Source: Escherichia coli
Lineage (GTDB): Bacteria > Pseudomonadota > Gammaproteobacteria > Enterobacterales > Enterobacteriaceae
DNA: 64,000 nucleotides
NCBI RefSeq assembly: GCF_003790525.1
Contig: NZ_CP033635.1
Strand: one strand, 5' to 3'
Position numbers and translations under genes: made by a program. Numbering within the stretch: position 1 is the stretch's first letter; every line of letters begins with the position of its first letter. The notes beneath the pieces were generated by a model that saw only the letters and a program-made list of their open reading frames with translations, was not told the DNA's origin and did no database searches. Shown piece after piece: positions 19,764 to 30,498 of this stretch.

Positions 19764-21394
19764 AGCATCCCCTCCAGCTCATCCAGATCCGCCAGAATCT
19801 CTTTTTCCAGATCTTTTAACCGCTTCAATATCACCTTCGGATCTTCATACTCCTCAGCCTGATACACCACTTCTTTATAACGATTAATAGAGAGATCGTA
19901 TTTCTGGGCAGCAATATCTTCTTTTGGCACTATAAACGCCGCCTGAGTGCGATCTTTAAAATCAACGCCAGCATCAATCCCTTCCGGGTACTGCTGTTTC
20001 AGCAACGAGGCTAACTTCTCACCCATAAAGTTATCAACCGGCAGCCCGCGTAAAGTACGGTAATGCTTCCAGCTTGCCAGCAGATGCGGCAGGTCGTTGT
20101 CTTTAATTGGGTTACGCTTGTCATCCAGGCTGTAGCCATCATTTTGCAGATCGTAGAACCAGACCTCGTCCGTCTGACCGCCTTTGGTAAAGATCAGGAT
20201 CGCCGTCGCCACGCCAGCGTAAGGTTTAAATACGCCGGAAGGCAGGTTGATCACCGCTTCCAGTTGGTTATCTTCCACCAGCGTTTTGCGAAGTGACTGG
20301 TGCGCCTTACTGGAGCCAAACAGCACGCCCTGCGGCACGATAGTGGCACTGCGCCCGCCCACTTTCAGCATTTGCAGAATACGCGCCAGGAACAGTAGTT
20401 CGGTTTTTTTGGTTTTCACCATTGCCGACAGCGTGGAGTCGATATCTTCTTCGTCCAGTGAACCGGTAAACGGCGGGTTTGCCAGAATCAGGTTGAAAGC
20501 GTTTTTACTGGCCTGCGGGAAGTTTGTGCTGAAGCTCTGGCTCATGGTGTCCTGATAGTGGATATCCGGCGCTTCCACGCCGTGCATAATCAGGTTCATG
20601 GCGGCGATACGTAACATTGTGGTGTCAAAGTCGTAACCGTGGAACATATTGTTATCCACATGGTTACGCCACGGGGTCAACAGATCGCCGGTAAAGATTT
20701 TTTGCTCTTCCAGCTCACCACGTTCGTTGGTGCCAATCTCGGTATGAATGGATTCCAGCGAGCTGTACTTCTCCAGTAGATATTCATAGCTGGTTGCCAG
20801 AAAGCCACCGGTGCCGCAGGCCGGATCGCAAATCGTCTCGCCGCGGGCGGGGTTCGGCTCCATCATTTCAACCATCGTGCGGATAATGTGGCGCGGTGTG
20901 CGAAACTGGCCGTTGATTCCGGCAGTGGTCAGCTTGCTTAACAGGTATTCGTAAAGGTCGCCTTTGGTGTCGCCGCGATCCAATGGCAGGTTTTTGATCA
21001 CCTCAACCGCTTTGGTCAGCAATGAAGGCTTAACAATCTCCAGACGGGCATCTTTCATAAAGTTGCCCAGCAGCGTTACCTTCGACGCATCAGCCTGGCC
21101 GAGCTGACGAAAATGCTGGAATACACCATCGCGCACCACTTCCATCATCTCATCCGAGCCAAGATTGCTATAGTGACTGAAACGGAACTCCTGCTGTTCT
21201 GGTGCAAAACGCGGTTTAAAATCAATACCCGCGATTTGTTTACGCTTCTCGTCGCGTTGTTCCTGAGTATCCAGCATCCGGGAATACATTAGATAGGTGA
21301 TCTGTTCGATTACGGTCAGCGGGTTGGTGATACCACCCACCCAGAAATCTTCCCACAGGCCGTCGATTTTACTTTTTAAGTCACCAGTGATCAT
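19760..21394 (-). CDS. hsdM: type I restriction-modification DNA methyltransferase subunit
   Basis: N6-adenine methylase motif [11 protein letters not shown]-binding region; 544 aa. Confidence 0.9.
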
Positions 21395-21457
21395 TGTTAG
21401 CTTTTATATCCTGTTTTAAATACAAAAGCCCCGCTGCCGGGGCTTGTCATGTGCGTA

Positions 21458-24400
21458 TTATACCGTTGCTGCGTCGGTCACAACACCCAGCTCTTCGACT
21501 ATCTTTTGTAGGCGGGCGATCTGCTCTATATCAGGGAACACACCGGTAACGCCTTCGTTGTGGATATGCGTAAAAGGCTGTTCAAAGAGCTGCCGCATTT
21601 CAATGGTGCCGTAATCGCGAATGTGGTTTTTCAGCAATGACAGGAAGCGCAATTGCTGGCTGGTCAGGCTGTTATCAGCGGCGAACTGAGCAAAGCGCAC
21701 TTCCACCGCGTCGCTGTCCATCCCGATGATGGTACGCAATAGTTTATCCAGGCTGGCGGTCGCCTGCGGGTAGAACTCTTTCAGTGCCCGGATATCAACG
21801 TTAGGGTTCTGGATCAGCACCAGTTTAGCCAGTTCATCCAGCTCGCTTTGCGTCACAGGCTCGCCGTTGCGGATTTTCTTCAGCACCGGATTTTGCTGGA
21901 ACAGCGGCTCCAGCGCTCCCTGCACCTGCTGGCGATAGAGTTTGAAGTCAATCGAGCGGATGTTGGTTTTGCGGTTTTCCGTCTGAATCAGGTTCGCATC
22001 TTCGGTAATATCCACCTGTATCGAACCAAATTTCGGCGTCGCGTCTTTTTCCATCAGGTGCATGATGCCGCGCAGATGAATGCGGATATCTTCCAGCTCT
22101 TCCAGGCTGGCCTGCTTCCACCAGCCTAAATCACGAAGCTGATTGATCCGCGGTCCTTGCTGTTGGACCTGCGCCAAATGCGGCGGCAGGCGCTCCACTT
22201 TTTCGACGATGACCGGCCAGAGCACATCCAGCTCTTCCGGGTTGGTATAACGGGCAGTTTGCGCCGCCAGAATATCCATATCAAAGCGCATAGCGTCGCT
22301 TTGCCCGCGCACGTCCAGCCACTGCATCAGCGGGGCCAGGACAGATAGCAAATCCTGCTGTGTTTTCGGGGAAAGCTGGCGCAGCACTTTTTCATCGCTG
22401 TACTGCGCTTTTTGATGCCACTTTTCCTGGACGGCAATCGACTTTTCATCCAGTGCATTGATTTGCTCGCGTAGCTGGTGAGCAACTAAATCCACCGCCT
22501 GTTTGTCGAATTTACGTTGCGCAGCGGCCCCCAGCATAACCCACGCTTCGAAGCGTTTTTGTGCAAGCGATTTTGTCGCTGTGACTTCGGCCTCTTCGGT
22601 ATGCAGTTCGTGATACTCAAAATTGCCCCAGTGATCGAAAATGCGGAATTTCTGTTTATCCAGAGGTTTGCCGTTATCGTCGTAACCGTACAACCCCGGA
22701 CAGAGGCGCGTACCACGGCCAATCATCTGCCAGAACTTCACTTTTGATTTGACCGGTTTGGCAAAGACCAGATTCACAATTTCCGGGACATCAATACCGG
22801 TATCGAGCATGTCAACGGAGATAGCGATGGTCAGCTCTTTGTTGGTGCTTTCATCCAGCCCTTTAAAATCATCAATCAGTTGCTCGGCGCGGGGATCGTA
22901 ATTGTCGATGACCTGGCAGAAGCGCCCGGCAAACTGCGGGTACATATCGTCGAATAATTCATTCAACAGCAGCGCGTGTTTGTGGTTACGGGCGAAAATG
23001 ATGGTTTTACCTGGCAACTGGCCGTCCCGATCTTTCAGGCCATTTTCCATCAGGTTACGCAGGATATAGCGGTTGGTGTCTTTGTTGTAGATCGCCTCAT
23101 CCAGCGCCTTGCCATCAAACTCCAGCGTATTGGGATCTATGCCTTGTTCTTCCAGCTCGCGGATTTGTGCGTCGCTTAATTTCTCCCGTTTGATGCCTTC
23201 GCGCAGGAATTCTGTGGTGTGCGTGACAACCTCATAGGGAACCAGATTGTTATCGGCGATGGCATCTTCCAGGCTGTAGTTGGCGGTAGGAATACGTCCT
23301 TCACAACCAAACAGGCCGAAAGTGGTTTTACTCACCATGTCAATCGGCGTGGCCGTCAGGCCAATCTGGAGGGCATCAAAATACTTAAACAGATCGCCGT
23401 AAACGTTGTAGATAGAGCGATGGGATTCATCGGCGATGATCAAATCGAAATAACCAACATCGAAATGGTCCATGATTTTCATCATACCAGGATAGGTGGC
23501 GATGTAGATCCTAGCATTCTGCCTGTCTGCTTTTTTCGATTTCCCGACCACATACAGCGGCTCATTGGTGAATTGATTAAAGGCATTCGCCGCCTGTTTA
23601 CGTAGTTCCTTGCGGTCGCAAAGAAACAGGACGCGTTTTACCCAGCGGGCATCAATCATTAGTTTGCTTAGCGCTATTGCCACGCGGGTTTTGCCTGTAC
23701 CCGTAGCCTGAACAATTAGCGATTGCCGGTATTTGTTGGTAAACCGCTCGCTGACACGGGCAATGGTTTCAAGCTGGTACAAACGTCCGGCAACGGCCTT
23801 ACCTTCGTTATCTTTTACGTGCGGCACACTGTTCAGCGGAAGACGGGTTTCACGCTGTTGAATAAGATATTGCAGGCTTTCCTTGCTGTAGAAGCCAAAC
23901 ACCCGACGCGGGGGATAACCATGAGTTTTATGGTCATCCCACAGCCAGATATCATAGCCGTTGGTGTAGAAGATGATCGGACGCTGGTCGTATTCTTTTT
24001 CCAGCCAGTCTGCATACAGCCGGGCCTGAATTCGTCCTTGCTCGGCATTGACGCTGGTTTTTTTTGCTTCCACCACCGCCAGCGGTTTGTGTGCCTCATC
24101 CCACAAGACATAGTCCGCATAACCGTCTCCGGTCGCGGTAGGTTGTTCTTTAACGGGATGTTCCTGCGTAACCTGATCGGTATTTTTAAGGCCTTCGCCT
24201 ACATTCCAGTCAGCAGCAAGCAGGCGAGAGTCAATCAGGCGACGGCGGGTTTCCGCTTCATCAATAGAGAGAATATCGGCAACATGCTGGTTACGCGCTC
24301 TGGCTTCATTCAGGCGTTGAGTGAGGTGTTCGGCCTTTTCCTGTTCTTGCTGTAGTGCGCGTTGCAGCGCCAGTTCGCGCTCACGGCTTTCATCCTGAGC

Positions 24401-24874
24401 CCTGATTGCATCTTCCAGACGTTTTTCATCTGCACGACCTGAAGATTGTGTTAATGGAGGGAGTGTAAATTTGGGGCAGTCATCAACATTACCGTGGGCG
24501 TAGCGAACATACAGCCAAATTCCCAACAAATACGCTTCTTTGAGCAGCCAGTAAGTATCTTTAGCTTTGATACGTCCGCCGTGCGCGGCACGGTTGCCAT
24601 GGATACGCAGCGCATCCATTTTCATGATGATGGCTTCCGGCATCATGCTGGTAAAGACATCAGCATTCATTAAATCGTAAAGATTAGCCTTAATACCTTC
24701 CGGCAACCGCTCCTGACGATACAACCAGCGCACCATCAATTCGGTGTAGTTGCGCAGCTTGACCAGACAACTTTCCGGATCGGAGTGAACATAGCGTTCC
24801 GCCATACACGCGAGTTCAGCCAGTTCCGGCCACTGGCTGCGCAACATTTCAAAATTGAGAGACTGCTCCATCAA
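21458..24874 (-). CDS. hsdR: type I restriction enzyme R subunit (helicase/endonuclease)
   Basis: 1138 aa; SF2 helicase motifs (ATGTGKT, DESHRS) and N-terminal nuclease region. Confidence 0.9.
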   Translation of the reverse strand: MMEQSLNFEMLRSQWPELAELACMAERYVHSDPESCLVKLRNYTELMVRWLYRQERLPEGIKANLYDLMNADVFTSMMPEAIIMKMDALRIHGNRAAHGGRIKAKDTYWLLKEAYLLGIWLYVRYAHGNVDDCPKFTLPPLTQSSGRADEKRLEDAIRAQDESRERELALQRALQQEQEKAEHLTQRLNEARARNQHVADILSIDEAETRRRLIDSRLLAADWNVGEGLKNTDQVTQEHPVKEQPTATGDGYADYVLWDEAHKPLAVVEAKKTSVNAEQGRIQARLYADWLEKEYDQRPIIFYTNGYDIWLWDDHKTHGYPPRRVFGFYSKESLQYLIQQRETRLPLNSVPHVKDNEGKAVAGRLYQLETIARVSERFTNKYRQSLIVQATGTGKTRVAIALSKLMIDARWVKRVLFLCDRKELRKQAANAFNQFTNEPLYVVGKSKKADRQNARIYIATYPGMMKIMDHFDVGYFDLIIADESHRSIYNVYGDLFKYFDALQIGLTATPIDMVSKTTFGLFGCEGRIPTANYSLEDAIADNNLVPYEVVTHTTEFLREGIKREKLSDAQIRELEEQGIDPNTLEFDGKALDEAIYNKDTNRYILRNLMENGLKDRDGQLPGKTIIFARNHKHALLLNELFDDMYPQFAGRFCQVIDNYDPRAEQLIDDFKGLDESTNKELTIAISVDMLDTGIDVPEIVNLVFAKPVKSKVKFWQMIGRGTRLCPGLYGYDDNGKPLDKQKFRIFDHWGNFEYHELHTEEAEVTATKSLAQKRFEAWVMLGAAAQRKFDKQAVDLVAHQLREQINALDEKSIAVQEKWHQKAQYSDEKVLRQLSPKTQQDLLSVLAPLMQWLDVRGQSDAMRFDMDILAAQTARYTNPEELDVLWPVIVEKVERLPPHLAQVQQQGPRINQLRDLGWWKQASLEELEDIRIHLRGIMHLMEKDATPKFGSIQVDITEDANLIQTENRKTNIRSIDFKLYRQQVQGALEPLFQQNPVLKKIRNGEPVTQSELDELAKLVLIQNPNVDIRALKEFYPQATASLDKLLRTIIGMDSDAVEVRFAQFAADNSLTSQQLRFLSLLKNHIRDYGTIEMRQLFEQPFTHIHNEGVTGVFPDIEQIARLQKIVEELGVVTDAATV

Positions 24875-25450
24875 TCATCGCCTTATGTCGTGGATACAAC
24901 AGCATTTCTGGAAAGAATATCACACTAATTTGGCCGACGAAGTGAGCCGGATGGCATATGGTGGTGATGTGTTTAACGACATAACTGCTCTAACGGTCAG
25001 ATCCTTGGTTTTCGCCCATCAATGGGCATCTTCAGCCATGGCTACTCACAGGATACCTTGCTAACCAATGAAGGTATGGCTGATCATCTATGGGATATGT
25101 TTTTTGAGCCAATAAAACGATGGAGCTTTTCTCCAAGTTCATCATTAATGAATTTTGTTTCAATGCATTAATCAACTCTTCGCATTTTCGCTATCTTTTA
25201 TCCACTTCCCTTTTGAAAAGGTGGGTATCTACGTTACCAATACTGGTTTAATGGCTACATACGGCGGTCCGTTTACGCTTACGGTAAAGATAAGCGATAA
25301 GCTCCCAGCGCTAGGACCGGGAGCTCTGCATAGCTACCACCATTTAGGATAGTCGTTAAAAGCACGTAATATTGATTGCCTGGCAGCAGGCATCAAGCTT
25401 TTCACTTCCTTTTGAAAGGGAGATACCACCATTGATATCTTCCTTCATAC

Positions 25451-26022
25451 ATGACCAATTCAGCACACCAGCGACTGGATATGGCGGGAAATGGTGGCCC
25501 GGGGGTTACAGGCAGTGAAACCATCGTCAGGGATGCTGTTGCCAAATGGCGTAAAGGCTGGAACCCACCAGTTACTACTGCCGCCAGACTTCCTTCAGTG
25601 TCCCGGGTAAGCCGCTGGTTGATGCCCTGGATAATAATCAGGGGTGAAGAAAATTATGCTTCCCGATTTATTAGTCTGATGTGTGAAAAAGAACCGGCGC
25701 TGAAAATAGCGCAGCAACTAGTACTTGAGTTCTACCGTATTCTGAAAACCCCAAATAAATCAAATCTAAGCAGTTGGTTCACTCGAGTCCACGAAAACGG
25801 TTCAGCAGAACTTCGGCGCGTGGCTGCGGGGATGGAAGCTGATGCTGCGGCTATATGTGAGGCAACCAGCAGCCGCTGGAGTAACGGTGTTGTCGAAGGT
25901 CATGTAAATCGCCTGAAGATGCTGAAACATCTGATGTATGGTCGAGCCGGATTTGAACTACTTAGGCAGAGGGTAATGAGTCCACTGGCATGAAAATCTC
26001 CACCTAGGTTGCGGAAGAGCCA
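25451..26022 (+). pseudogene. ISL3-family transposase C-terminal fragment with right terminal repeat
   Basis: ...WSNGVVEGHVNRLKMLKHLMYGRAGFELLRQRV is ISL3 transposase C-terminus; ggttgcggaagagcc near 26008-26022 resembles ISL3 terminal repeat; 5' part of element missing. Confidence 0.55.
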
Positions 26023-26292
26023 CTTTTGCACCGTTCGTGATAATACCGTAAATAAGCCTCTGAAAGTTATAGGATATGACACAACTAAAGAAGTCTGTGT
26101 GAACCGCGTAATACCAAGTGAATTGCTTGTTATATCTGTTTAATTAAACCTAATCGACCAGCCTTACTGGAGAGGCTGGTTAGTGATTAACTGGGAGTAT
26201 TGCAATTAGATGTGTTCTACAGGCCCACGAAGGTAGATGGCTGCCAGAGTTCATCTTCGCGTGTAAAAGACTCTTAGTTGATTAATTCTAAT

Positions 26293-26559
26293 TTATCGAT
26301 CTATTACGCGATCATAATATTCGATGATTTGCAGTGCAACAGCAGCAATTTGTACTGCTTCCTCCCTACTGGTACCGGCTGCTTTACCACCAAAACGATC
26401 ATGGAGGACAGCCTGATGAAATTCTCCCACCTCTTCTCCGAGAATCGCTCCCCAGATAAAAGGATCTTGATTACGGTCTGCCCCCCATTTGGCATCCTGC
26501 CGTTGCATTTCCGCTAGCACGTCAGACAGGGCTTTAGTGTCTTGATGTTTACCTTTCAT
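26293..26559 (-). CDS. MazG-like nucleotide pyrophosphohydrolase-domain protein (small)
   Basis: About 88 aa from internal ATG; WGADRNQDPFIWGAILGEEVGEFHQAV resembles MazG EExxE helix. Confidence 0.4.
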   Translation of the reverse strand: MKGKHQDTKALSDVLAEMQRQDAKWGADRNQDPFIWGAILGEEVGEFHQAVLHDRFGGKAAGTSREEAVQIAAVALQIIEYYDRVIDR

Positions 26560-26702
26560 GTTTCCCTTACGAATCCGTGATTTTAAGTCCATCATTAACA
26601 TTTAATATGTGCAGAGTCCATTAATTCGCTACATCTCATTTTGTGAATGAGCGTTGAGTTTGCTATAAACGTAGCAACCAAGAAAAATAAAAGTGGATAA
26701 TT

Positions 26703-27029
26703 TTGTTCATTACCTTTCAAAGCAAGAAGTTAAGGACTATTTGCGAGAGTATGCATGAGGCAAATGAGATCTTTGGTGACAAAGTGGCATCAAGACTACG
26801 CTCGCGACTTTCCGATCTTTCCGTGACAGACAACATATTACTGTTGCCCGTAGGTTCGCCGGAGGTCTGCTTTGAGGATGGGGAAGAGTGTATTACAATT
26901 ACCATTCTCGGTGATGTAAAAATGGGATTTGTCTGTGGGAATACAGTTCAGCCCAAAAATCAAGATAATACAATTAACTGGTCCCGAGTTAGCCGGATAC
27001 GGTTAGTGTTCATAGGTGACGTGAAATGA
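26703..27029 (+). CDS. HigB-like (RelE/ParE superfamily) putative toxin
   Basis: 108 aa; N-terminal FQSKKLRTICE...VASRLRSRLSDL pattern resembles HigB (FKHKGLKRL...KLRRIL); 4-nt overlap with downstream HTH-peptidase gene. Confidence 0.35.
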   Translation: MFITFQSKKLRTICESMHEANEIFGDKVASRLRSRLSDLSVTDNILLLPVGSPEVCFEDGEECITITILGDVKMGFVCGNTVQPKNQDNTINWSRVSRIRLVFIGDVK

Positions 27030-28108
27030 TAGTTACGCAGGACTTCCAGCCTGACTGGGTATCTCCACCCGGTGATACAATTATAGATCTAATGGATGAA
27101 CATGGGCTTTCTGGTGAAGAACTGAGTAAGAGGATTGGATTGTCTCTTATCCGGGGTCAGCAACTTCTTGAAGGAAAAATCCGACTCAATGAGTCTCTGG
27201 CTTGTAAGCTTGAGGAGTTATTCAACGTATCGACAGACTTCTGGATCAAGCGCGAAGTCGCTTATCGCCAGCAAATTGGATACCTCGAGAAAGTGAATAA
27301 TGATTGGCTCGAATCATTGCCTGTACGTGATATGATGGAGTTTGGTTGGATCCCCAAAACTACAACTCGGGAAAGTAAATTCCAGCACTGCCTATCGTTT
27401 TTCGGAATAAATTCCGTCAATGATTTTTTTTATAAAATTCAGTCAGATGCTCCTTTGGTCGCTTTTCGTAAATCTCTTAATCTGGCAACCGAGCCTATGG
27501 CCGATTTGGTGTGGCTGACTAGGGCTGCACAACTTACCTCAAACCAAAACTGTGCTGTATGGGATAAAGAGGGGCTGATAGCATTGTTGCCAGAACTGCG
27601 CAAAGCTACAAATGAACCCGACATGAGGATTTTTATCCCTTACATTCGCGACCTTCTCGCCACTGCTGGAGTTTCTCTCGTTGTGTTGCCAACGCCAAAG
27701 GGATGTCGGGCAAGTGGTGCTACCTGCTTTTTTACACCAGATCGCGCAACCCTAGTCATGAGTTTCCGTTATCTGACCGATGACCATTTTTGGTTTACGC
27801 TGTTTCATGAGATTGGGCATCTCATCTTGCATGAAGCTGTCCGAGTTCGCGTAGAAGGTAAAGATAGTCTTTCGTCGGAAGAGGAAAAGGAAGCAGATAA
27901 ATTTGCCGTTGATGTTCTTATCCCAGAAGAATACCGGCAGCAACTTAGTCGCTATGGTGTCCGGCATTGGAAAGAGATCATCCGGTTAGCTAGGAAAATG
28001 GGGGTATCCAAAGGGATCGTACTGGGATATTTGCAGCATGAAGGTAATATACCTTTTTCTCACCTTAATCGGTTTAAAGTGAGATTCCGTAAAGAAGATA
28101 TCGTCTGA
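27026..28108 (+). CDS. HTH (XRE) domain fused to ImmA/IrrE-family zinc metallopeptidase
   Basis: N-terminal HTH (GLSGEELSKRIGLS), C-terminal HEIGHLILHEA (HEXXH) with downstream acidic residues; 360 aa. Confidence 0.7.
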   Translation: MIVTQDFQPDWVSPPGDTIIDLMDEHGLSGEELSKRIGLSLIRGQQLLEGKIRLNESLACKLEELFNVSTDFWIKREVAYRQQIGYLEKVNNDWLESLPVRDMMEFGWIPKTTTRESKFQHCLSFFGINSVNDFFYKIQSDAPLVAFRKSLNLATEPMADLVWLTRAAQLTSNQNCAVWDKEGLIALLPELRKATNEPDMRIFIPYIRDLLATAGVSLVVLPTPKGCRASGATCFFTPDRATLVMSFRYLTDDHFWFTLFHEIGHLILHEAVRVRVEGKDSLSSEEEKEADKFAVDVLIPEEYRQQLSRYGVRHWKEIIRLARKMGVSKGIVLGYLQHEGNIPFSHLNRFKVRFRKEDIV

Positions 28109-28110
28109 TA

Positions 28111-29055
28111 TCAGCCGCCGAAATAGACATAACGGTCAGGTGATTTCTGCCAGTTGCACAACGCATCTTCAATAACCTGCATTCTCAAGTAGGGTGCAGG
28201 AATAATTGCCGCAAGGTCAGCTAGTTTTTCATTCAATACGTCTATTGTGTCACCAGCAGTCCGGCTATTGCTGAAAAGTAGCCGGCTTCCTTGAAGGGGC
28301 CCGGTTGCTCCATTCAGAAAAGCATGACCCGGCTCTACATCCAGAAGTCCCGTTTTCTTGAGCATAGTTAGGTAATCAAATTTTGCGGTTCGTCCAAATG
28401 AGATCACGGCATTTAGCCCTGAATACAATAGTTCGAATAAAGATTCTGGTGAAGATGAAAAGCTCTTGGCCTCTGCAAACCTAGCCTCATGACTGTGTGT
28501 AGCACCAATGAATCCGATGTAAGAGCGAAAAACCGCAGGTATTGAACGACGAGAGTGATATTTCTTCGTTTCATATTTCCGATGGTTACCATATTGTCTT
28601 AGGCTACTGTTAGCTGTCAACTCATCAGAGACGCTGGCGAACCATTGTTCAAAAGCAGCAAAGTCATCAGTTATCGTATCCCATGTCCACGTTTGTGTAC
28701 CGAGTCCACTGTATATATCTCGACACAAAATCCAGCCGGTTTTGTTACTCTTGCCGAAATGTGTGGCAAGGAAAACCAGCCAGCAGGCTTCATCGTAATT
28801 GTTGTCACGAAGATAAAGGCAGGCAGCGCGGAGAGGATCAAAAACATCAGAATTCGGCTCTTTTCGTAACGGAGTCATATAATCGGTCCGTAATGCAAGA
28901 GTTTCCACATAGCGTATACGACGTATACTGTCGATAATCTGACAGGCTAAAACATCAAAGCAGGCAGGAGAACTTAGGCCATTTAGGTTGTGTTCATTGC
29001 GGCTAAAATTTTGCAAATTACTAACCAGCTGACTGATTTGATTATGTCTTTTCAT
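28111..29055 (-). CDS. hypothetical 314-aa protein co-operonic with thymidylate-synthase-like gene
   Basis: 4-nt overlap with upstream TS-like gene; no family recognised by eye. Confidence 0.5.
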   Translation of the reverse strand: MKRHNQISQLVSNLQNFSRNEHNLNGLSSPACFDVLACQIIDSIRRIRYVETLALRTDYMTPLRKEPNSDVFDPLRAACLYLRDNNYDEACWLVFLATHFGKSNKTGWILCRDIYSGLGTQTWTWDTITDDFAAFEQWFASVSDELTANSSLRQYGNHRKYETKKYHSRRSIPAVFRSYIGFIGATHSHEARFAEAKSFSSSPESLFELLYSGLNAVISFGRTAKFDYLTMLKKTGLLDVEPGHAFLNGATGPLQGSRLLFSNSRTAGDTIDVLNEKLADLAAIIPAPYLRMQVIEDALCNWQKSPDRYVYFGG

Positions 29056-30032
29056 TGTAGTCTTCCTTCAAAAATAAACCGATATTCCTGATTTTTCATT
29101 GCAGCCAACTCTTGGAAGGCTAGTCCTTTGTGGTTGGGTGTATGTGAACGTAACAAAAAGTGGATTTTTAATATACGCAATAAATCCTTCCAGTAGTCAT
29201 TCAAGGAAGTAGTGTCAATATCAAATTCCTTATTCTCTCGAAGAGCTTTTTCTGCCTCAAGCAGGGGTAAGATATCATCTAAGGAATGCATTTCAGGCAT
29301 CGATCCCATGACTGGTAGGGTGCTCATGAACCCCTCTTTCTGAAGAGCCTTCACTTTTTCTAAATCATTTTTATAGAGATGTAGGCTGGATACAAAGTGA
29401 TGATAGTGACCCAATTCGCATCCTATCAAGCGGGCAACTAATTCCTGTAGCATCGTGAACGCAAATACATCATGAGGCAGCCCCATAAAGGCATCGTTAG
29501 AACGCATACAAACAAATAGATGCAGCTCTTCACATCTGACAATAAACTGCATAGATATTGTACAAGGAATATCTACGTATTCTCGCTGTTCAGTTTTTGA
29601 GGGCACCAAGTCTGAGGCATCGAAAAGCTGTATTACTGCACGTCTGGTAGGTTTTTTCTCCTGCAAAAGGTTGATAACATTTTTTAGCTGATTATATAAA
29701 CCACGCATATTAAACAACCGTGGCCCGTAACCACCATGTATTTTCCCATCTGACTCAGCGGATTCAGCGTAACGTGGTATGAAGTGTTTTATAAACTCAA
29801 GATCGTTCTGAGCTGAGAGATACCACAGAAATTCACCTAAGCAACTAATTAGTTTTCCTCGGGATTCTGTTCTACTTATTCTTCGGCGGGGGTCGGTAAG
29901 GACAAGATAGGCACCAAGAATCTCTAGAGTTGATCCTTTTGTAGGATCGTTACTGAGTCCATCCGCTAGGATAGCTTGATGAACATCGTTTATCAGATCG
30001 TCAACACACTCAGCCGTTACCAAAAGAGTCAT
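29052..30032 (-). CDS. thymidylate synthase / pyrimidine hydroxymethylase family enzyme
   Basis: Catalytic-Cys region DIPCTISMQF (cf. PCHxxxQF), MRSNDAFMGLPHDVF (cf. RSxDxFLGLPFN), LHLY; 326 aa, longer than ThyA. Confidence 0.7.
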   Translation of the reverse strand: MTLLVTAECVDDLINDVHQAILADGLSNDPTKGSTLEILGAYLVLTDPRRRISRTESRGKLISCLGEFLWYLSAQNDLEFIKHFIPRYAESAESDGKIHGGYGPRLFNMRGLYNQLKNVINLLQEKKPTRRAVIQLFDASDLVPSKTEQREYVDIPCTISMQFIVRCEELHLFVCMRSNDAFMGLPHDVFAFTMLQELVARLIGCELGHYHHFVSSLHLYKNDLEKVKALQKEGFMSTLPVMGSMPEMHSLDDILPLLEAEKALRENKEFDIDTTSLNDYWKDLLRILKIHFLLRSHTPNHKGLAFQELAAMKNQEYRFIFEGRLQ

Positions 30033-30199
30033 TTTCTACCTTTTCCTGTATGGTAGTAACTAATCATTACCACCTGTATGGCATATAGTCAATATAGTAT
30101 CAATATCAACATGGTTCACAGGGTAAGTAAGACTTGATCTTACCCAGCAATAGTGGACACGCGGCTAAGTGAGTAAACTCTCAGTCAGAGGTGACTCAC

Positions 30200-30498
30200 A
30201 TGACAAAAACAGTATCAACCAGTAAAAACCCCGTAAACAGCATTCGCCTGAATTTCTCAGTGAAGCCCTGAAACTTGCTGAACGCATCGGTGTTGCTGCC
30301 GCAGCCCGTGAACTCAGCCTGTATGAATCACAGCTCTATGCGTGGCGCAGCAAACTGCAGCAACAAATGAGTTCGTCAGAGCGTGAAAGTGAACTGGCCG
30401 CTGAAAATGCCTGCCTGAAGCGGCAACTGGCGGAGCAGGCAGAGGAACTGGCTATCCTCCAAAAGGCCGCGACATACTTTGCGAATCGTCTGAAATGA
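30200..30498 (+). pseudogene. insE: IS3 orfA, apparently frameshifted
   Basis: From ATG 30200 the frame stops after 23 codons (MTKTVSTSKNPVNSIRLNFSVKP*); the OrfA-like body (KPRKQHSPEF...ATYFANRLK*) is in another frame; an A-run is one base shorter than expected. Confidence 0.55.

Noticed and set aside
22976-24355. Plus-strand ORFs of 67-210 aa (for example 23723-24355) inside hsdR
   Set aside because: Antisense to the hsdR frame with low-complexity translation; no start context; considered spurious
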